From Archangium sp. (GTDB lineage: Bacteria; Myxococcota; Myxococcia; Myxococcales; Myxococcaceae): 21,386 bases of DNA. Shown here in pieces: positions 15,777 through 21,386 of the stretch. The position numbers and the translations under genes are program-made. The notes beneath the pieces are model-generated. The model was not told the origin of the DNA and searched no databases. It worked only from the letters and a program-made list of their open reading frames with translations. The DNA lies in the NCBI GenBank assembly GCA_031367385.1, contig JANLPS010000139.1, positions 1 through 21,386 of the forward strand. Reading direction: 5' to 3'. The stretch's first letter is position 1, and each line of letters begins with the position of its first letter.

Positions 15777-16145
15777 TCAACCACCGGCGCCAAGGTCGAG
15801 CGGCTGGTACCCGGGCTGCTTCTTCTCTTCTTGAAACCGCGCCGCCGAAGCGCGAGCGGCCGCCAGGTCGCCCTTGACCGTATTTTTCACGGGCTGAAAA
15901 ACGTCGTCGTCGATGCGTGAAGCGAACTTCGCCAACGGCCGGGTGAGCTTCTGAAAGACGTGGTCATCGAGCCAGCTGAGGCCCTTCTTCGTCGCGGTCA
16001 GGGGCGGCTGAATCAGTTGATCATCGATGGCGGGGCCGGCGACGTTTTTGATGCACTTCGCGGCGATCTGCATTTCGTCTTTCACCGAGTAGTCAGATGG
16101 GCCAGCGGGGCGGTTGCAGAGGGCAGGCGTGAAGGTGACGGTCAT
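15777..16145 (-). CDS. Hypothetical protein, 122 aa
   Basis: ATG with a GGAG RBS, own promoter-like motif and downstream hairpin. Fills the gap between neighbouring genes. No family recognised. Confidence 0.7.
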   Translation of the reverse strand: MTVTFTPALCNRPAGPSDYSVKDEMQIAAKCIKNVAGPAIDDQLIQPPLTATKKGLSWLDDHVFQKLTRPLAKFASRIDDDVFQPVKNTVKGDLAAARASAARFQEEKKQPGYQPLDLGAGG

Positions 16146-16206
16146 GACAATCTCCAGGAGTTGTAGTGGTTTGGGTGGGGTTTTTTTGAAGCTGAAGACG
16201 AAGAAA

Positions 16207-16240
16207 GTATCGGTCGGTGGTCTCAGGTGTTGTCACCTGA
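16207..16240 (-). promoter_or_regulatory. Sigma28(FliA)-like promoter motif with an overlapping palindrome
   Basis: Minus strand reads ACAA-N15-ACCGATAC (consensus TAAA-N15-GCCGATAA). Perfect palindrome TCAGGTG-TTGT-CACCTGA (16223-16240) is centred on the -35. Confidence 0.45.
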
Positions 16241-16314
16241 CGTGCTTTTTTTTCTCTCAGTTCTCGAGAAGCCGTCCCGTCTCCTCGGGCGCTTCTCGTG
16301 CTAGGGGGTCGCTC

Positions 16315-19314
16315 ATGCGCCGACATCGAGTGGCAGCGCTGATCGCAGCGACGATGTTGGCCGGTTGCGCTCAGAGCGCCATGCCTGGCTTCTCAGTCGT
16401 CGACGCCGACGACGCGCAAACCGAGCTGCTGCTCAGCGACGCCGAGCTCGTCTCGATACCCGGCAGCGATGTCACCTTGGCGGTGTGGCAATCGCAACAC
16501 GCCTTCGCGTTCAAGCGTGGCACCGACCGCTTCAGCCCCGCCAAACGAGCACGCTACGAGCTGATGTTTCGCGGCGGCGAATCGCACGACCCGTTGATGC
16601 GCATCAACGCAGGCGAAGCATCGCTCTACCTCGTACAATTCTACGGAGTCGCCCTGCCTGAGATGCTCGCGGTGCTGCTCAAGGCAGGCGGCGAGGCGGT
16701 CGCGCCGTTCCCGCTCCACGCGTACATCATGCAATTGCCTCCGGCCGCGTTGCAGGCAGCCCGTTCTGCCCGCTTCGTTCGCGCGGTCGAGCCGTTCGAC
16801 GCACGACACCGCTTCGAGCTGGGTGGCACCGGCCGGTACCTCGTGCGCCCCTCGAGCGATCGCCCAGAGGTGCGCGGTGCGCTGATCGCCGAGCTGAACG
16901 CCCTTGGCGCGACGGTGCACCTGGCCACCGCGAATCACTACGTCATCGAAGCGACGATGACCTCGGCTCAGGTCGCCGCTGCCGCCCAGTTGGGTGAGGT
17001 GCTGCACATCGACCCCTGGTCACCCCCCGAGCCCGACATGGACAAAGTGCGAATCTTCTCGGGCGCCAACTTTCTCGAAGAGACCCTCGGCTTCACCGGC
17101 ACCGGCGTGCGCGCCGAGGTGATGGACACGAATGTCTTCGATCAACACCCCGACCTCCAGAACCGCGGCATTCTCTTTCACGGAGCGCACGCAGGAGATC
17201 TCTCGCACGGCACTCCGACGACCGGCATTCTCTTCGGAGACGGCAGCGCCAACCCGGCGGCCCGAGGCCTGCTGCCCACCGCGCAACCCATCTTCGCCAG
17301 CTACGACCTCTTTCTGCACGAAACGGGAGATCGCTACGCTCACACCGCCGAGCTCACCAAGCCGCCCTACGAAGCGGTGCTGCAATCGAACTCCTGGGGT
17401 TCGGCACTCACCTCGGAGTACACGAACCTCTCGGCGGAGATGGACACCATCGTCTTCGACCTCGACTTCTTGATCTTCAACTCGATGAGCAACTCGGGAG
17501 ATCAGCGCGTGCGCCCGCAAGCCTGGGCCAAGAACGTCGTCTCGATCGGCGGCATCAACCACTTCGACACCCTCGACACCGCCGACGACCGGTGGGATCA
17601 GAGCGGCTCGATCGGCCCCGCCTCCGACGGCCGTCTCAAGCCAGACCTGGCGCACTTCTACGACCAGGTTCTCGCGCCATCGGCCAGCGGCAAATACACG
17701 CAGTTCGGCGGCACCAGCGCAGCGACTCCGGTCACCGCCGGCTATGGCGGCCTCTTCATGCAGATGTGGAGCGCAGGCGTGTTCGGCAACCCGACTCCGG
17801 GCACGACAGTGTTCGAGAACCGGCCGCACTTCAGCACCGCGAAGGCGATGCTGATCAACGGCGCGACCCAGTGGTACTTCAGCGGCGCGACGCACGACCT
17901 CACCCGAACCCACCAGGGCTGGGGCCGGGTCGACGTCAAGCGGCTCTACGAGCTGCGCAACTCGGTCTTCATCGTGAACGAGACCGAGCTGCTCACCCAG
18001 AGCCAGGTGAGGCGCTACGAGCTGAACGTGCCAGCGGCCACACCCGAGCTCCGCGCGACCTTGACCTGGGCCGACCCGGCCGGAGTGCCCTCAGCCGGCC
18101 TCCACCGCGTCAACGACCTGACCCTCAAAGTCACCGCGCCCGACGGCACGGTGTACTTCGGCAACAACGGCCTCGAGCTTGGGCTCTTCTCGAAGCCCGG
18201 CGGTACGGCGAACACCATCGACACCGTCGAGAACGTGTACATCGAGCGCCCGGCCGCCGGCACCTGGGTGGTCGAAGTGCGCGCCGATGAGCTGGCCAAA
18301 GACGGCCACCTCGAGACCACCGAAGTCGACGCCGATTTCGCGCTGGTCGTCTCGGGCATTCAACGCGTCGACGCGAACGCGCCTCCCACGGTGCGCTTCA
18401 CCTCGCCCGTCTCAGGAGCGACCCTCGCAGGCCGCGTGCTCGTTCAGGCCGCCGCGACCTCGTGGAGCAGCACCATCGCCAAAGTGCGCTTCGCGTTGCC
18501 CGACGGCACCTTCGTCGATGATCTCGACGCGCCCTACGAGGTCTCATTCGACACGAAGCGGCTCGCCAATGGCCCTGCGACCTTCACGGCGGTGGCCACG
18601 ACGGCCGACCTGAAGACGAGCCCGCAGGCCGCCCTCGAGGTCACCATCGAGAACCTGACCAATCAACGCCCGGTCGTGAGCCTCTCCGGGCCGGCTGGAG
18701 AGCTTCACAGCAAGGTCTCATTCACCGCGACGGCGTCAGACCCCGAGAGCGCGGTCGCGAAAGTTCAGTTCACCTTGCCCGACAACTCGACCGTCGACGT
18801 CGTGACGGCGCCGTACCTGGTGAGCTTCGACACCAACCTGGTCGCCAGCGGCGAGTACACCGTCACGGCCATCGCCACCGATGATCAAGGCCAGCCAAGC
18901 CTGCCCAGCACGCTGAAGATCGTCGTGAACCACCTGCTCGATTGCGCCGACGGGAGAGTCATCGCGGCTGGCTTGCCGATGAAGATCCCCGACAACACGA
19001 AGGCGGGCGTCGAGGTACCGCTCGAGGTCGTGGGCGATGGCCAGCTGATCTCGGTCTCGATTTCACTCGAGATCAACCACAGCTATCGCGGCGATCTCAT
19101 CGTGCAGCTCACCAGCCCCACGGGCCGGGCGATCGATCTCACCCGTCGGGTGGGAGGCGCAGCCGACGACTTCGTGCTTTCCAATCAGGCCCTCTCCGGG
19201 TTCTCAGGCCTGGCCGCCGGCACGTGGAAGCTCAGCGTCGTCGACGCGGCGATCAATGATCTCGGCTCGGTCAACACCGCTTCGTTGCTGATCAAAACCG
19301 ACTGCCGGCCGTGA
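16315..19314 (+). CDS. S8 subtilase lipoprotein with C-terminal beta domain, two Ig-like (Big) domains and a proprotein-convertase P domain
   Basis: ATG 16315 gives MRRHRVAALIAATMLAGC (lipobox). Catalytic triad EVMDT / SHGT / GGTSAATP and oxyanion SNSG, plus GPASDGRLKPD and QGWGRV. Two N.PP.V...SP Ig repeats, then IPDN...HSYRGDL...GTWKLSVVD (P domain). Confidence 0.92.
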   Translation: MRRHRVAALIAATMLAGCAQSAMPGFSVVDADDAQTELLLSDAELVSIPGSDVTLAVWQSQHAFAFKRGTDRFSPAKRARYELMFRGGESHDPLMRINAGEASLYLVQFYGVALPEMLAVLLKAGGEAVAPFPLHAYIMQLPPAALQAARSARFVRAVEPFDARHRFELGGTGRYLVRPSSDRPEVRGALIAELNALGATVHLATANHYVIEATMTSAQVAAAAQLGEVLHIDPWSPPEPDMDKVRIFSGANFLEETLGFTGTGVRAEVMDTNVFDQHPDLQNRGILFHGAHAGDLSHGTPTTGILFGDGSANPAARGLLPTAQPIFASYDLFLHETGDRYAHTAELTKPPYEAVLQSNSWGSALTSEYTNLSAEMDTIVFDLDFLIFNSMSNSGDQRVRPQAWAKNVVSIGGINHFDTLDTADDRWDQSGSIGPASDGRLKPDLAHFYDQVLAPSASGKYTQFGGTSAATPVTAGYGGLFMQMWSAGVFGNPTPGTTVFENRPHFSTAKAMLINGATQWYFSGATHDLTRTHQGWGRVDVKRLYELRNSVFIVNETELLTQSQVRRYELNVPAATPELRATLTWADPAGVPSAGLHRVNDLTLKVTAPDGTVYFGNNGLELGLFSKPGGTANTIDTVENVYIERPAAGTWVVEVRADELAKDGHLETTEVDADFALVVSGIQRVDANAPPTVRFTSPVSGATLAGRVLVQAAATSWSSTIAKVRFALPDGTFVDDLDAPYEVSFDTKRLANGPATFTAVATTADLKTSPQAALEVTIENLTNQRPVVSLSGPAGELHSKVSFTATASDPESAVAKVQFTLPDNSTVDVVTAPYLVSFDTNLVASGEYTVTAIATDDQGQPSLPSTLKIVVNHLLDCADGRVIAAGLPMKIPDNTKAGVEVPLEVVGDGQLISVSISLEINHSYRGDLIVQLTSPTGRAIDLTRRVGGAADDFVLSNQALSGFSGLAAGTWKLSVVDAAINDLGSVNTASLLIKTDCRP

Positions 19315-19316
19315 CC

Positions 19317-19895
19317 TCAGTGGGTCAAACGCACTGACAGGGTCGCATCGGCGCGGTCGGGCAAGCGGCCCTTCCACGATTGGTAGCCGGCGCGGCGAAC
19401 TTCGAAGGTCTGGGTGCCGATCACGTTGTCGCCAGCCCACGGAGTGGTGCCGATGACTTGCCCATTCACGACGATTTCTGCGCCGTCAGGCTCGCTCTGA
19501 ATCACGGCCCGGCCCTTCGGCGTCGGCACCGACAAGTGCTGCTCGACTTCGCCAATGGCGCGCACTTCATCGGCTCGCGCCATCGGTGGCGGCGAGATGA
19601 CGTCTTTGACCAGCGCGAAGATCAAGATCAACACGCCCAGACCCATGCTGCCGAAGACGATGAACAACGGCACGCGCGGTTTGCTGCTGGCAGGCTCGGG
19701 CCGAATCGGTAAGGCCGCCACCACCGGCGGAGCCACCTCAGCCAGCTCGAGCGGCGCCGAGCTCGGGTCGACGGGCTCCCAGGTGCCGGGGCTGGCAGGC
19801 TCCAACCGGCTCAGCCGGCCTTCGAGGGTACCGTCAGCCGAGAGCGTCGGGCCAGTCGACCCGGGGCCGCCAGTCGGTGGGTCTGACTCGCTCAC
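19317..19895 (-). CDS. Single-pass membrane protein with a C-terminal PEGA domain
   Basis: Pro/Gly-rich N-terminus, TM segment LFIVFGSMGLGVLILIFALV, and PEGA pattern IQSEPDGAEIVVNG..IGTTP...EVRRAGY. GTGA overlap with the upstream gene. Confidence 0.85.
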   Translation of the reverse strand: MSESDPPTGGPGSTGPTLSADGTLEGRLSRLEPASPGTWEPVDPSSAPLELAEVAPPVVAALPIRPEPASSKPRVPLFIVFGSMGLGVLILIFALVKDVISPPPMARADEVRAIGEVEQHLSVPTPKGRAVIQSEPDGAEIVVNGQVIGTTPWAGDNVIGTQTFEVRRAGYQSWKGRLPDRADATLSVRLTH

Positions 19896-20230
19896 GGCGT
19901 CACGCTCGACAGCTCACGCAAATGCTCCCACACGTAAATGCCGGTTCGGTGCATGTCGCCAAACGTGAAGGTGATCGCATAGTTGCCCACCGGAGCCACC
20001 TCGATGATCTTCATCTCGGGCGCAATCTTCTCGATGTCGAAGGTGCGTTTGCCGCTCCACTCCTCGACGCACTCGGCGCAGGGGCAGTACTGCCGCAAGG
20101 TGCGAGCCGACACGGTGCTCCGCACGCCGTCGTTCCATTGCAGGGCAAGTGACTTCTGATCAGCAGCCACGTCAGCTGCCGTCGCGACCGGAGCCCGCTT
20201 CGCGGGTTTGATCGAGTCCCAGAAGCTCAT
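19892..20230 (-). CDS. DUF971 / GBBH-like N-terminal domain protein
   Basis: W.DG, LRQYCPCAEC, PVGNYAI, FGDMHRTGIY.W..LREL. ATGA overlap with the upstream gene. Confidence 0.9.
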   Translation of the reverse strand: MSFWDSIKPAKRAPVATAADVAADQKSLALQWNDGVRSTVSARTLRQYCPCAECVEEWSGKRTFDIEKIAPEMKIIEVAPVGNYAITFTFGDMHRTGIYVWEHLRELSSVTP

Positions 20231-21036
20231 CGCTGAGCCGCCGCGGGTTCTTCGAGCACCGCGACCACCGCTGCTGCCAAGCGGTCGACGAACCCATCGA
20301 TCAACACGTTCGCGCGCGGCGCTTCATTGGCGAGCAGCCCCTCTTCGTACGTGACGTCGAGCCCGAAATCGCGCCGAAGCGGGGCGAGCCCCTCGAGGCT
20401 CACTGCGTAGTCAGGCTGGGTCGGGTACTTCACCAAGCGACTTCGCATCACCTCGGCGGTGGTGGTGAAGCGCTCGAGCCGCCCATACACCCGCTCTGAT
20501 TCATGAACTGGGAACCCGGCGAGAATCTCGAGCGGCCAGATGATGAGCCCGAACCCGAACGCGACGTTCTTCAGGGTGCGGTCGCTCTCGACGATCTCAT
20601 TGCCCTCGACGATGGTGCGCAGCACGCTCACTTCTCCGCTCAGCACCGGTGCCCCCGAGGTCGAGGTCACCCGCCACGACGGCCGCAGCCTCTGCACCGC
20701 GGGGATCAGCCGCTTCTGCACCTCGGCCAGCACCAGCGGCTTGGCGAACATCGGCTTCTCTTGCACCTGCCGCGTCATCGCCACCGTCGAAGGCTGCATC
20801 GGGCCGCCGAAGCCGCCACCGTAGTAGCCGGGCCCGGTGCCAGGGCCGCCCAACACGTTGAGGTAATCGGTCTTGGTGGTGGTGCTCCACTCGGCCGACT
20901 CAAAGAGCGGCTCGATCACCACGATGCGGGTCTGCCCCGGGTCAGGCGGCACGGTCGCGTGGTCTTGCACCAGCTTCGCCGTCGCGCACCCTGACGTGAT
21001 CAGCAACACCACCATTGGCGCAAATCGAGTCATCAC
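20227..21036 (-). CDS. Hypothetical lipoprotein
   Basis: MTRFAPMVVLLITSGC lipobox-like signal, a Gly-rich insert, and an internal hydrophobic segment VAFGFGLIIWPLEILAGF. Start is GTG 21036 or ATG 21033. Confidence 0.8.
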   Translation of the reverse strand: MMTRFAPMVVLLITSGCATAKLVQDHATVPPDPGQTRIVVIEPLFESAEWSTTTKTDYLNVLGGPGTGPGYYGGGFGGPMQPSTVAMTRQVQEKPMFAKPLVLAEVQKRLIPAVQRLRPSWRVTSTSGAPVLSGEVSVLRTIVEGNEIVESDRTLKNVAFGFGLIIWPLEILAGFPVHESERVYGRLERFTTTAEVMRSRLVKYPTQPDYAVSLEGLAPLRRDFGLDVTYEEGLLANEAPRANVLIDGFVDRLAAAVVAVLEEPAAAQR

Positions 21037-21057
21037 GCCACGGCAATAGCAGAGTCT

Positions 21058-21386
21058 TCAGCGCATCGTCGACCGCATGAGCGGTATCAGACACTCCCTG
21101 AACGCCTGGCAATTCGCCGCGTCGAGGCACTTTTCCATGCTGGTCAGTGCGGAGGCGCGGGCGGCAGGCATGGCGGCGCAGGTCTTGGCGATGGCGGCGT
21201 CGGTGGAGTCGCTCTTCCACTCCTCGAGGGCGGCCGAGATCATCGCGTCGCGCCCGTCTTTCTTGACCGAAGCGGCGATGCCCGCCGGTTTGTCGAGGCT
21301 GACCCGCAGGTCAACCAACGCGGGAATAAAGGTGTCGGTGCACGCCCGCTGACGCTCGAACACCTTCACGCACGACGCCTGCGCAG
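21058..21386 (-). CDS. Cys-containing hypothetical protein (5' end outside the window)
   Basis: The frame is open to the window edge (...AQASCVKVFERQRACTDTFIPALVD...CLDAANCQAFRECLIPLMRSTMR*). Six Cys in a helical pattern suggest a secreted, disulfide-bonded domain. Confidence 0.7.
   Translation of the reverse strand, partial: AQASCVKVFERQRACTDTFIPALVDLRVSLDKPAGIAASVKKDGRDAMISAALEEWKSDSTDAAIAKTCAAMPAARASALTSMEKCLDAANCQAFRECLIPLMRSTMR

Noticed and set aside
16223..16253. Hairpin plus T8 as a plus-strand terminator
   Set aside because: There is a 5-nt gap between stem and T tract and no plus-strand gene upstream. Treated as promoter/operator instead.
16114..16314. Extended S8 N-terminus from the ORF track
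   Set aside because: It crosses the divergent promoter and T tracts. The signal peptide begins at ATG 16315.

Overview
A GC-rich, myxobacterium-like chromosomal window. The taxon is inferred from the gene families, DAG-linker lipoproteins and a PEGA protein. Left to right it holds: a truncated thrombospondin type-3-repeat secreted protein (MtsC-like, minus strand, missing from the ORF track); a CapA-family metallophosphoesterase; a divergent two-gene operon of 90-aa and 52-aa proteins behind an apparently leaderless sigma70-type promoter; a deoxynucleoside kinase-panB-panC-smpB-sspB-pseudokinase cluster; a 7-repeat beta-propeller lipoprotein; a CtaA/COX15 heme A synthase coupled to a Nit1-type hydrolase; an epoxide hydrolase; dbpA; a stand-alone bioA; a lipoprotein; a 122-aa orphan; a multidomain S8 subtilase lipoprotein; and a lipoprotein-DUF971-PEGA operon. 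The notable non-coding structures are four copies of a short REP-like hairpin repeat with compensatory stem changes (two inverted pairs, one copy inside the capA 3' end), an AT-rich tandem Fur-box-like site between dbpA and bioA, sigma54-like and sigma28-like promoter motifs, a structured panB leader, and repeated -10-like hexamers 6-7 nt before start codons. No tRNA, rRNA, tmRNA, CRISPR array or transposase was seen. All calls come from motif recognition by eye; no searches were run.
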